From Candidatus Falkowbacteria bacterium (GTDB taxonomy: Bacteria; Patescibacteriota; Patescibacteriia; Patescibacteriales; UBA12465), in assembly GCA_012800315.1 (NCBI GenBank), contig JAAZJO010000001.1, positions 773-64,772 of the forward strand: DNA of 64,000 bases, given 5' to 3'. Positions 8,166-17,627 of the stretch are shown here, piece after piece. How positions within the stretch are numbered: the first letter of the stretch is position 1; each line of letters starts with the position of its first letter. A model generated the notes under the pieces. It had not been told where the DNA came from. It worked only from the letters and a program-made list of their open reading frames with translations, and did no database searches. A program made the translations under genes and the position numbers.

Positions 8166-10217
8166 TTATTCATTAGCTAACCTAATTTCATCAACTGTTT
8201 CCGTATAACCAATCTCTGCATCACATTTCGGACAATATTTATGTTCACCCGAAAGATAGCCATGTTTCGGACAAATAGAGAAAGTCGGAGTAATGGTGAA
8301 GTATGGTAAGCGATAATTATTAACAATCTTCTTAACTAATTTCTTAGCGGCATCACCATTAGGCAAACGTTCTCCGATATAACCATGTAAAACAGTGCCA
8401 CCGGTATATTTAACTTGTAAATCATCCTGTAAATCAAGGGCGGTAAAAATATCATCTGTATAGCTAACATGAAGATGCGTAGAATTAGTATAATAAGGAT
8501 CGGCATTAAACTTTTTCACAGCCTCAGTGTTTGAACAAATAATTCCTGGATAAAGCTGCTGATCTTTTTTAGCAAAACGATAGGTGCAACCCTCCCCTGG
8601 GGTAGCTTCAAGATTATATAAATTATTAGTTTCGTTTTGATAATCCATTAATTTCTCTCTCATGAAATCTAAAATTTCAGCGGCAAAAGCAGCGCCCTCT
8701 GGAGTAGAAATATCTTTACCCATTAAATTTAAAAGTGCTTCATTCATGCCATTAATCCCAATCGTAGAAAAATGGTTTTTCCAATAAGAACCAAAACGTT
8801 CATAAATAGAACTTAAATAAAACATGGAGTATGGATACAATCTATCCTGAGTTAATTTCTCAACAATCTTACGCTTTATCTCTAAACTCTCTTTAGCTAA
8901 ATCCATTAAATTAAGCAATCTCTCTTTAAATTCTTCTTTGCTCTTAGATAAATAACCCAAACGAGCTAGATTAATTGTCACCACGCCAATGGAGCCAGTT
9001 AGTGGATTAGCGCCAAATAAACCGCCGCCCCGTTTTCTTAATTCACGATTATCCAATCTTAAACGACAACACATTGAGCGAGCATCATCACGATTCATAT
9101 CAGAATTAACAAAATTTGAAAAATAAGGAATACCATATTTAGCAGTCATCTCCCACATTGGATCTAAACATTTTCTATCCCAATCAAAATTTTTATCAAT
9201 TTGATAAGTCGGGATTGGAAAACCAAAAACACGTCCAGTTGAATCCCCTTCTAACATAATTTCAGCAAAAGCCTGATTAAACATATCCATTTCCTCTTGG
9301 AAGTCTTTATATTTTTCTGGCATCATCTTGCCGCCGATAATGACATTTTCTTCACCCACCTGTGCTGACGGGGTAACATCAAGCGTAACGTTAGTAAACG
9401 GCGTTTGAAAACCAACACGGGTTGGAACATTAATATTAAACATAAACTCCTGCAAAGCCTGTTTTACTTCTTTAAAAGTCAAACCATCATAGCGAATAAA
9501 CGGCGCTAAATAAGTATCAAAATTAGCAAATGCTTGCGCACCAGCCGCCTCTCCTTGCATCGTATAAAAGAAATTAATAATCTGGCCTAAGGCACTACGA
9601 AAATGCTTTGGTGGATTACTTTGCACCTTTTCGCTTACCCCGCGAAAACCGCGAATCAATAAATCTTTTAAGTCCCAGCCACAGCAATAAGGAGCCAATA
9701 AGCCTAAATCATGGAGATGTAAATCACCATTAACATGAGCAAAACGAATATTTTCTGGATACATCTTATTTAACCAGTAACGAGCCGAGATTGAAGAAGC
9801 AATATAATTATTCAAACCCTGAACAGAAAAGCTCATATTACTATTTTCTTTTAAGCGCCAATCAGCCCGACCCAAATAATCCTCCATTAATTTCTCATCC
9901 GAAACAACATTACTAATATCACGCATTTGGCGGTGCTGTTCACGATAAATAATATAAGCCTTAGCAATCTTAATTAATTTATTCTCAATTAAAACTTCCT
10001 CCACGATATCTTGAATTTCCTCAACAGCCGGAATACTGTTTTTATGGAACTTGGCATTAATTTTCATCACTACTTGATCGCCCATTTTCTTCGCCAAATG
10101 ACGATCATCTACGCCCACAGAGGCAGCCGCCTTATAAATAGCATTCACAATTTTGTCTTGATCAAAGTCGGCAATATCGCCAGATCTTTTGATTACTTTA
10201 CTAATGATTTCAGACAT
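8166..10217 (-). CDS. nrdD: Anaerobic (class III) ribonucleoside-triphosphate reductase lacking the Gly-radical loop
   Basis: N-terminal ATP cone (VIKRSG...EEIQDIVE), HLHDL, finger loop SMCCRL, NLEATPGEG, YTGGT, Zn site CPKH...CPKC. Confidence 0.93.
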   Translation of the reverse strand: MSEIISKVIKRSGDIADFDQDKIVNAIYKAAASVGVDDRHLAKKMGDQVVMKINAKFHKNSIPAVEEIQDIVEEVLIENKLIKIAKAYIIYREQHRQMRDISNVVSDEKLMEDYLGRADWRLKENSNMSFSVQGLNNYIASSISARYWLNKMYPENIRFAHVNGDLHLHDLGLLAPYCCGWDLKDLLIRGFRGVSEKVQSNPPKHFRSALGQIINFFYTMQGEAAGAQAFANFDTYLAPFIRYDGLTFKEVKQALQEFMFNINVPTRVGFQTPFTNVTLDVTPSAQVGEENVIIGGKMMPEKYKDFQEEMDMFNQAFAEIMLEGDSTGRVFGFPIPTYQIDKNFDWDRKCLDPMWEMTAKYGIPYFSNFVNSDMNRDDARSMCCRLRLDNRELRKRGGGLFGANPLTGSIGVVTINLARLGYLSKSKEEFKERLLNLMDLAKESLEIKRKIVEKLTQDRLYPYSMFYLSSIYERFGSYWKNHFSTIGINGMNEALLNLMGKDISTPEGAAFAAEILDFMREKLMDYQNETNNLYNLEATPGEGCTYRFAKKDQQLYPGIICSNTEAVKKFNADPYYTNSTHLHVSYTDDIFTALDLQDDLQVKYTGGTVLHGYIGERLPNGDAAKKLVKKIVNNYRLPYFTITPTFSICPKHGYLSGEHKYCPKCDAEIGYTETVDEIRLANE

Positions 10218-10253
10218 AGGATTAGAGGATTAACGGTCAGTAATATTTCTTTG

Positions 10254-10269
10254 CTCCGAAATATAGTGC
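10254..10269. promoter_or_regulatory. Possible single NrdR box between nrdR and nrdD
   Basis: CTCCGAAATATAGTGC versus consensus acaCwAtATaTwGtgt. Confidence 0.45.
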
Positions 10270-10275
10270 TGCCCC

Positions 10276-10734
10276 TTATTTTCTCCCTTTAATTAATTTA
10301 TTTAATTCTTTTTGAAATTCACGTGCATCTTTAAATGATTCATAAACCGAGGCATAACGAATATAAGCAACCTGATCAACTTTTTTTAGATTTTTCATTA
10401 CTACCTGGCCAATTTGGCGAGAAGTAATTTCATTATCTTTCAAACGTTGTAAATCACGTTCAATAGAATGAATCAATTTTTTAAAACGATCTTCAGTAAT
10501 CGGGCGTTTCTCACATGATTTTTTTAAACCATTAACCATTTTCTCCCGATTATAAGCCTCTCGTCGTCCATCTCGCTTCACAATCACTAAATCAAGCAAT
10601 TCTATTTCCTCATAAGTTGAAAAACGAAAACAACATTTTAAACATTCACGACGGCGACGAATAGATAAACCATCGGGAGCCACCCGAGAATCAACTACTT
10701 TTGTATCAGGATAATAGCAAATTGGACATTTCAT
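10276..10734 (-). CDS. nrdR: Transcriptional repressor NrdR (start moved to MKCPIC)
   Basis: CPIC...DSR...IRRRREC..C.RFSTYE, ATP cone, VAYIRYASVY. Confidence 0.96.
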   Translation of the reverse strand: MKCPICYYPDTKVVDSRVAPDGLSIRRRRECLKCCFRFSTYEEIELLDLVIVKRDGRREAYNREKMVNGLKKSCEKRPITEDRFKKLIHSIERDLQRLKDNEITSRQIGQVVMKNLKKVDQVAYIRYASVYESFKDAREFQKELNKLIKGRK

Positions 10735-10749
10735 AGGTTTTATAGTGAA

Positions 10750-10797
10750 ATACCACATTTTGTGGCTATTTTAAGTATTGACCACTAAATATTGTAT
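10750..10797. promoter_or_regulatory. Tandem NrdR boxes upstream of the nrdR-nrdD-nrdG operon
   Basis: ATACCACATTTTGTGG (10750-10765) and CCACTAAATATTGTAT (10782-10797), 32 bp apart start-to-start, the typical NrdR-box spacing. Confidence 0.8.
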
Positions 10798-10874
10798 TCA
10801 ATATCAATTTTAGCAAAATTTATAATATGGGTCAATTAAGCTAAAATTAATAAAAAAATAACTAATTTATAAAG

Positions 10875-10883
10875 TTATCCACA
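10875..10883 (+). promoter_or_regulatory. Consensus DnaA box
   Basis: Exact TTATCCACA in the intergenic region upstream of the nrd operon. Confidence 0.5.
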
Positions 10884-10913
10884 GAGAAATATAAAATTTA
10901 TTTTAAAAAAAAT

Positions 10914-10945
10914 AAAAATCCGACTAAATAATAATCGGATTTTTT
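10914..10945 (-). terminator. Intrinsic terminator after ftsZ
   Basis: Inverted repeat AAAAATCCGA...TCGGATTTTT with A/T tails. Confidence 0.65.
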
Positions 10946-10978
10946 ATAATTAATATTTTTATATTTTTTCTTAGCAAT

Positions 10979-12172
10979 CTATCCCATTTTCTTCCGAATA
11001 AAGGCCGGCACACTTAAATCATCGTCATCATTCGTTGGTTTTTCTGCCTTTTTCTCTAAAGCCGGTTTGATTGGAATGTTTTTAAATACATTAAATTTAC
11101 TTTTATCCTTATTTACTGAAGTCAATGGAGAAGTTGGGACTTCCTTCTCTCCTTCTTTTTCAACAATAAAGCTATTAGGAGTATATGATTTAGTAGTTTC
11201 GCTCTTTTGATTCTTGCCTCGCCCATCAAAACCAGTAGCCACAACCGTAACTTTAATTTGATCCTTCATTTTTTCATCAATAACTGCGCCAAAAATTATC
11301 TTGGCATCCTCATCAGCTGCTGAAGTGATGACTTTGGCTGCCTCTGAAACTTCCGTCATACTCATATCAGGGCCACCAGTAATAGTAAAAACAATACCAC
11401 GCGCTCCATCAATAGACATGTCTAATAAATTAGAATTAATTGCGTCCTTAGCCGCTTCAATCGCTTTATTTTCACCACTAGCTGTGCCAATACCCATTAA
11501 AGCTGAGCCGGCATTAGACATCACTGCCTTAACATCAGCAAAATCAGCATTAATAATTCCGGGAACGGTAATAATTTCAGCAATTCCTTGAACGCCTTGA
11601 CGTAAAACATCATCAGCAATTTTAAAAGCCTCTAGAAGTGGTGTTTTTTTATCAATCACCTGTAATAATTTATCATTAGAAATAGTAATAATAGTATCAA
11701 CTTTATCAGCTAGTTCAGTATAGGCTCTATCGGCAATATTTTTACGCTGGCCACCTTCAAAGACAAAAGGTTTAGTTACTACTGCTACTGTTAAAGCGCC
11801 CATTTCTTTAGCGATAGAAGCAACAATAGGCGAAGCACCAGACCCAGTTCCGCCCCCTAAACCACAAGTCACAAAAACCATATCGCAATCCTTAAGCGCT
11901 TCTTTTATTTCGTTTTGAGACTCCTCAGCCGCGCTCTTACCCAAATCTGGGTTCATGCCAGCTCCTAAGCCCTTAGTAACTGTTTTACCAATGTTTATTT
12001 TTTCATTTGCTTTATTATAATGCAAAGCTTGAATATCAGTATTAATCGCCACAAAACCAACGCCACGAATACCGCTATCAACCATACGATTAATCGCGCT
12101 ACCACCGCCACCGCCGACACCAACTACTTTTATTTTTGCAAATGTTTCAATTTCTGGTTTTATTTCAGCCAT
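10979..12172 (-). CDS. ftsZ: Cell division protein FtsZ
   Basis: GVGGGG, GGGTGSG tubulin motif, INADFADV, C-terminal VPAFIRK. Confidence 0.98.
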   Translation of the reverse strand: MAEIKPEIETFAKIKVVGVGGGGGSAINRMVDSGIRGVGFVAINTDIQALHYNKANEKINIGKTVTKGLGAGMNPDLGKSAAEESQNEIKEALKDCDMVFVTCGLGGGTGSGASPIVASIAKEMGALTVAVVTKPFVFEGGQRKNIADRAYTELADKVDTIITISNDKLLQVIDKKTPLLEAFKIADDVLRQGVQGIAEIITVPGIINADFADVKAVMSNAGSALMGIGTASGENKAIEAAKDAINSNLLDMSIDGARGIVFTITGGPDMSMTEVSEAAKVITSAADEDAKIIFGAVIDEKMKDQIKVTVVATGFDGRGKNQKSETTKSYTPNSFIVEKEGEKEVPTSPLTSVNKDKSKFNVFKNIPIKPALEKKAEKPTNDDDDLSVPAFIRKKMG

Positions 12173-12208
12173 AGAATTATATAGAATTATCTTAAATAAA
12201 TTAATTTA

Positions 12209-13468
12209 TTATTTAGGCATTATTTTACTAAAAAAGCCCTTAGTTTTTTCAATAATCCCTCCCAAGCCCTTAGATAATTTTCCACCCTCCATTTCGCCAT
12301 CAGCATGACTACCATAAACAACTAAGCCAAGGGCGGTTAAAAATTCTGGACTTTTAACTTTATCAATAACTACATTAATATTTTTAGCCTGACCAATCGC
12401 GGCTGGCAAACGTAATTTCTTTTTAGCTGATTCAACCAATCCTTCCAAACTAGCGCCACCACCGACAAAAATAACTCCCGCTGGCAACATCCCTGAGCGA
12501 TCTATTTTAATAAATTCACTATCAACCTTATCAAATATTTCTTCCACTCGCGCATTAATTATTTCAGAAACATATTTACGCGAAATTATACTAATATCAT
12601 CATTAACTTCTTCTTCCTTAACTAATTCACTCACATCAATCTCATCATTGTGCTTATCCATGTTTTCTGGTAAAGCATGACCATATTCTTTCTTAATTCT
12701 TTCTGCTAAATTAATCGGGCAACGCAAACCAATAGCAATGTCAGCCGTAATGTGCTCTGCTCCAATCGGCAAAATAGCTGTATGAATCAAATTCCTTTCC
12801 TCATAAACAGCTAATGAAGTTGTTGATGAGCCCAAGTTTACCAAAGCCACACCTAATTCTTTTTGCTTGCTGCTTAAAACCGCTTCAGCGGCTGCTAAAG
12901 GACTAAGAACTAAATCTTCTATTTCTAAACCAGTCCGATAAATAGCTCTTGTTAAATTTTTTATTTGTGTGCTTAAACCCTGAACAATTAAAGTTTCCAC
13001 TTCTAAGCGAATGCCGTTCATGCCAATCGGATCTTTAATATCCCCCTGATTATCAACGCTAAATTTAATCGGGATAACATGTAAAATTTCATAATTAACT
13101 GGCACCGCTAAAGCACGCGCTGCTTCAATCGCCCGATTAACATCATTATCAGTTATTTCGCCATCACTACGCCCAACCGCCACCACTCCTTTTGAACGTT
13201 CACATTTTATATGAGGATCATTAATAGCAACCCAAACACGAGTAATCGGCACACCAACCAAACGCTCCGCTTTTTCTAAGCAAGCTGAAATAGAAGAAGT
13301 TGTTTCTTCAATACTATTAACTATACCGCGACTAACACCGGCTGTCGGCACAGAAACAGCCCCAACAATCTGGAGCTCTTCACCGTCAATATTTGATACT
13401 CTTTGACCAACGACTAATCTAATTGAAGTTGACCCGATATCTAGTCCGGCAATAATATTATCTTTCAT
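12209..13468 (-). CDS. ftsA: Cell division protein FtsA
   Basis: GLDIGST, AERIK, GVIFVGGGA; upstream of ftsZ. Confidence 0.96.
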   Translation of the reverse strand: MKDNIIAGLDIGSTSIRLVVGQRVSNIDGEELQIVGAVSVPTAGVSRGIVNSIEETTSSISACLEKAERLVGVPITRVWVAINDPHIKCERSKGVVAVGRSDGEITDNDVNRAIEAARALAVPVNYEILHVIPIKFSVDNQGDIKDPIGMNGIRLEVETLIVQGLSTQIKNLTRAIYRTGLEIEDLVLSPLAAAEAVLSSKQKELGVALVNLGSSTTSLAVYEERNLIHTAILPIGAEHITADIAIGLRCPINLAERIKKEYGHALPENMDKHNDEIDVSELVKEEEVNDDISIISRKYVSEIINARVEEIFDKVDSEFIKIDRSGMLPAGVIFVGGGASLEGLVESAKKKLRLPAAIGQAKNINVVIDKVKSPEFLTALGLVVYGSHADGEMEGGKLSKGLGGIIEKTKGFFSKIMPK

Positions 13469-13564
13469 AGAAACAAATAAATTATATAAAAACGAAGTAA
13501 TTTATCGTTTAGTAAATGCTGTTAATATTATACAAAATTTCTGAAAATTAAACAATTATTTTTA

Positions 13565-14335
13565 TTAGGAGAATAAACCTAAATACCAATTAATCAGCTG
13601 ATCGCCCCAAATTAAGGTAATAATAGCCCCGAAAGCTAAAAATGGACCAAGAGCAATGCGAGATTTTCTGTGCTTCTTCTTAACTAATAATAAAATAAGA
13701 CTAACTAAAGAGCCAGCACCATAAGAAATAATTAAAATTGCCAATAGATGGCTAAAATTAGGAAAAGACAAACCTAGCAAAAGACCAAGCCAAATATCCC
13801 CCTCCCCTAAACCTTTTTTCTTAGTCAAAATATATTGAATCCAGAAAAAAGCAGTGGCTACTAAAGCAGAAATAATAATCAGAACCCAGGAATAACCTAG
13901 AAGAATATTAAAGACAAGCATTAGAACACACATTGACCAAACAACACCCATCGGCACAAGCTGCCAACGTAAATCATAGACAAAAATAACTATCAAGGCA
14001 CTCACTAAAAGCCAGTCTCGCATCATTAAAAGAGCAAAAGAAGCTGAAGAAATATTTTTGAAAAAAAGCAAAACAAATAAAATGGCTGTGGCAATTTCCA
14101 CTAACGGATACTGCCAAGAGATTGGTTGGTGACAGTGACGACATTTTGCTTTTAAAAAAATAAAACTCAAAACTGGAATATTATCATACCAAGCAATTTG
14201 GTGACGACATTTAGGGCAATAAGAACGCCCGCCAACACTCTCATCTTCGTGTAAACGCCAGATAAAGCAATTTAAAAAGCTACCAATTACTAGACCAATG
14301 AGAATAACTAAAATTAAATAAAAAAGATTGATCAT
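13565..14335 (-). CDS. pilD: Type IV prepilin peptidase (A24)
   Basis: GSFLN, RSYCPKC, WYDNIP, CRHC, YPLVE, GEGD, GPFL. Confidence 0.92.
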   Translation of the reverse strand: MINLFYLILVILIGLVIGSFLNCFIWRLHEDESVGGRSYCPKCRHQIAWYDNIPVLSFIFLKAKCRHCHQPISWQYPLVEIATAILFVLLFFKNISSASFALLMMRDWLLVSALIVIFVYDLRWQLVPMGVVWSMCVLMLVFNILLGYSWVLIIISALVATAFFWIQYILTKKKGLGEGDIWLGLLLGLSFPNFSHLLAILIISYGAGSLVSLILLLVKKKHRKSRIALGPFLAFGAIITLIWGDQLINWYLGLFS

Positions 14336-14351
14336 AGTTATTTAAAAATAA

Positions 14352-16631
14352 TTAAAAATTAAAAAAATTATTTAAGTTTTCATCATTCGGCGCTAATTCC
14401 AGAGCAGAATTAAAATATTTTTTCGCCTCAGTAAAGCTGCCCATTTCCTGATATATTAAAGCGACTGATAAAAACCAATTATAATCATTAGGGTTTCTTG
14501 TTAGTCCATGTAAATTATACTCCAAAGCCTTGTTTAAATCACCTCGCAAATAATAAGTATTGGCAATATCTTTCAATAAAGTAAAGTCATTAAGATCGTT
14601 AAGATAAGCTTCTTGATAATTTTTTTCTGCTTCCGAAAAATCTCCAGCCGCGAAATAAAGATCGCCTAATTTTTTAAAAATTATTTTCCGGTGCAATTTA
14701 ACAACTTCTCTATGCGCTTCATTTAAGCGACTATCACTAGTATCTGGTAAAATTTTATCAATCAGTTGATAGTTTATAATTGCCTCTGGTTTTCTTCCTT
14801 CTTTAAGCAATAAATTACCTAGCTCTAAATAAACTTTTGGCCAGTATGGAGTTTTAGCCGCAACAGCTAAAAAATATTTTTCCGCTAAAGGATAATTTTC
14901 TAACACTGTATTAATTTTGCCTTTAATTAAAAGGCTTTCATATCCCTGAGCATTAATTTTCTGATTAAGTTTAATTAATTTTTCGCGCGCAACTTTTCTG
15001 GAAAAAGGATCTTTAATTTGCGGATAAAAATCACTTAGTTTATCAGCTAAAAAAAGATAATATTTTTCTTGGTTAACCGGATTAACTACAACCTCCTGAA
15101 GACAATTATCTAAAAGAAAGGCGTTAAAATATTGTTCTGTCGCTAAAACATAAAAAAGCTTATTAAAATAGTAGTCGGCAGATAAAGTTTTAAATTCATA
15201 AACAATCCCCTTACCAGTAAATAAAAAAATAATTACAACCAAAATAATTTTCACCGGCCAAAAAGATTTTTTAAAACTACGTGGCTCTATTTTTATTAAA
15301 TCGCTTTGCCCAATATTAATGGCCGCCAAAACAGCTAAATAAAACCAAAAATAAACCTCGCCAGCGACAATTGTAAAACTAAACATTAATGATATGAGAT
15401 AAGCAAATACTCCCAAAAACAAGGCGAGAGATAGTCCTTTCATTTTTTCCTGTCTAATATTATCTACAGCCAAACGAAAAAAATAATAATATAAAATAAC
15501 AAAGAATATTAAGCCAAAAAATCCAGCAGAAAGCAGAATGTCTAAAATTAAATTATGCGCCCGATCAGTGGTAGCGTTAACATTGCCATGGATACCCCAA
15601 TCAGGTTGATAATAATCAATAAAAATCTCTCCACTATTTTCTAGACCATAACCAAAAATCGGTTTTTTCATAATCATCTCAGCCGCCGCTGAATAAAAAT
15701 TTACCCGAGCAGCCGAACTACCAGACTGAAAATCAAACAAACTAAGCAGACGTCCCTGTGAAAAAAAATTAAAACCAAGAAAAAGAGCAACTGACGTTAA
15801 AAAGACGCCTAAAATAATTAATATTTTTTGCGTTTTTTTTAATTTCAAAACTGAAAGTAAATAAAAAGCAAATAAGATAATGGTCAACACTAAAGCAATT
15901 ATTCCTCCTCTGCTAGAAGTGCAAAACAAACAAATTAATTCAGTAATTAAAACTAAAAAATAGAAAAATTTTAATAAAAACTTTTTATGCTGATAAAATA
16001 AATAAGCGCTTACAGGAATAACTAATAATAACCAAGAAGCTAAAAAATTAGGCTGACCGAAGGTGGAAATTGTCCGTTTAGTTAAAAACGGATCCTCCGA
16101 CCAAAGTAAAAAATCTAAGTTTAATATTTGTAATATGCCATAAAGAGCAACAATAAAGCTGGCAAGAGAAATAGTAACAAAAATTCGCTTAATTCGTTTT
16201 TGCCAACCACCAGAGCCATCATTTTTACCATCACCAATCGTTAGTAAATTAAAGAAAACCAAAACAAAGAAAAGAAAATAAAAAAGATAAGTTAAATACC
16301 CCGCCTGCCAACTATAAGAACCAAAAAAAGATTGCTGTAAATTGGTAGAAAAAAATAAAGTTAGTCCTAAACCAATAATAAAAATGACTGGAAAAAGAAA
16401 ATATTTTTTAAAAGGAAGCTTAACCTTATAAAAAACCAACTTGACTGCTGTTAAAAAAAATAATAACCAAGTTAAAACTTTAAAGAGAACTAATTTATTT
16501 AATTCAAAAATATTATATGTCGGAAAAGTAAGCGCAAAATAAATCGGCACAGCAAAAATAACTGCTAAATAAAAAAACTCTATCAATAAATCAATAATTT
16601 CTCTAAAATTTATTTTTATCCTTTGTTTCAT
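14352..16631 (-). CDS. O-antigen ligase-like (Wzy_C) membrane protein with C-terminal TPRs
   Basis: Multi-TM; STFGQPNFLA, TSSRGG, PIFGYG, DRAHN; TPR-like helices at C-terminus. Confidence 0.85.
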   Translation of the reverse strand: MKQRIKINFREIIDLLIEFFYLAVIFAVPIYFALTFPTYNIFELNKLVLFKVLTWLLFFLTAVKLVFYKVKLPFKKYFLFPVIFIIGLGLTLFFSTNLQQSFFGSYSWQAGYLTYLFYFLFFVLVFFNLLTIGDGKNDGSGGWQKRIKRIFVTISLASFIVALYGILQILNLDFLLWSEDPFLTKRTISTFGQPNFLASWLLLVIPVSAYLFYQHKKFLLKFFYFLVLITELICLFCTSSRGGIIALVLTIILFAFYLLSVLKLKKTQKILIILGVFLTSVALFLGFNFFSQGRLLSLFDFQSGSSAARVNFYSAAAEMIMKKPIFGYGLENSGEIFIDYYQPDWGIHGNVNATTDRAHNLILDILLSAGFFGLIFFVILYYYFFRLAVDNIRQEKMKGLSLALFLGVFAYLISLMFSFTIVAGEVYFWFYLAVLAAINIGQSDLIKIEPRSFKKSFWPVKIILVVIIFLFTGKGIVYEFKTLSADYYFNKLFYVLATEQYFNAFLLDNCLQEVVVNPVNQEKYYLFLADKLSDFYPQIKDPFSRKVAREKLIKLNQKINAQGYESLLIKGKINTVLENYPLAEKYFLAVAAKTPYWPKVYLELGNLLLKEGRKPEAIINYQLIDKILPDTSDSRLNEAHREVVKLHRKIIFKKLGDLYFAAGDFSEAEKNYQEAYLNDLNDFTLLKDIANTYYLRGDLNKALEYNLHGLTRNPNDYNWFLSVALIYQEMGSFTEAKKYFNSALELAPNDENLNNFFNF

Positions 16632-16649
16632 TCTATTATTATATCAAAT

Positions 16650-16680
16650 AAAAAAAGAGACTGAAAATACAGCCTCCTTT
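16650..16680 (-). terminator. Intrinsic terminator after secDF
   Basis: Minus strand GAGGCTG-TATTTT-CAGTCTC followed by a T run. Confidence 0.6.
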
Positions 16681-16700
16681 TTATATTTTTTATTCAAAAT

Positions 16701-17609
16701 TTAACTATTTTTACGATGCATCGCCTTCTCCCAAAGAACCAAGACTGGACTGGCGATAAAAATTGAACTATATGTACCAACAAAAATACCCACCACTAAA
16801 GCCATGGCAAAATCTCTAATTGTACTACCTCCAAAAAATAAAATAGCCACCAAAGCTAAAATTGAAGAAAATGAGGTGTTAATAGAGCGAACCATGGTTT
16901 GATTAATACTGCGATTAACCGTATCTTCAAAATTATCTTGGCTCTTAGGTAAATTTTCACGAATACGATCAAAAACAACAATCGTATCACTCACACTATA
17001 ACCCAAAACGGTTAAAATAGCAGCGATAAAAGGAGTATTTACTTCAATGCCATAAAAATGTCCTAAAAAGGAAAAGACGCCTAAGGTAATTATTATATCA
17101 TGAGCTAAAGCAATAATGGCAGTTACGCCATACTTCCAAGAAGCAACCGGGCGAGAAACCTTGCAAAAAGCCATAGAAATATAAAAAACAATTGCCAAGA
17201 GAACAACAACAGCTGTGTTAAAAGACTTGCTCTTTAATTCCTGTCCCACAGTTGGACCAACAGAATCAAATTGCAACTCTGTCATAGTTGTTTCTTTTTC
17301 TGCGGCTAACTTCTGTAAACCACTTAAAACAGCTTGATGGGCCTCTTCCGAATCCTCTTTAAAACGCAAAATAACAGAATCTTGAGTCGGCTGAATAGTT
17401 AAACTCTGAAGGTTAACCTCTTTTAAACTGTCTTGAACCTCAGTGACAGTTGCTTGATAATTATCAAACTTAACCTCCATTAAACTACCACCGGCAAAAT
17501 CAACTCCAAAATTTAAACCCCAAAAAATAAGCGCTAAAATTGAGCCAGTAATCGCTAAGGCTGAGATTGATAAAAAAATTTTTCTATTTTTAATTATCTG
17601 AAGATTCAT
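16701..17609 (-). CDS. secF: Protein translocase subunit SecF
   Basis: GVDFAGG, VGPTVG, HD, GYSVSDTIVVFDRIREN, GTYSSIFIA. Confidence 0.96.
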   Translation of the reverse strand: MNLQIIKNRKIFLSISALAITGSILALIFWGLNFGVDFAGGSLMEVKFDNYQATVTEVQDSLKEVNLQSLTIQPTQDSVILRFKEDSEEAHQAVLSGLQKLAAEKETTMTELQFDSVGPTVGQELKSKSFNTAVVVLLAIVFYISMAFCKVSRPVASWKYGVTAIIALAHDIIITLGVFSFLGHFYGIEVNTPFIAAILTVLGYSVSDTIVVFDRIRENLPKSQDNFEDTVNRSINQTMVRSINTSFSSILALVAILFFGGSTIRDFAMALVVGIFVGTYSSIFIASPVLVLWEKAMHRKNS

Positions 17610-17627
17610 ATATTTAATAATTATTAT

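Noticed and set aside
8097..8168. nrdD as a pseudogene, or stop-codon readthrough joining it to the 46-aa ORF
   Set aside because: The spacer is very AT-rich with four additional in-frame TAA stops; both parts, nrdG and the regulatory boxes are intact
10800..10978. AT-rich intergenic region with a DnaA box as oriC
   Set aside because: Only one box seen, the region is short, no dnaA/dnaN nearby and no switch in gene orientation
12171..12190. Tandem ATAGAATTAT x2 at the ftsZ start
   Set aside because: Short AT-rich duplication with no supportable function
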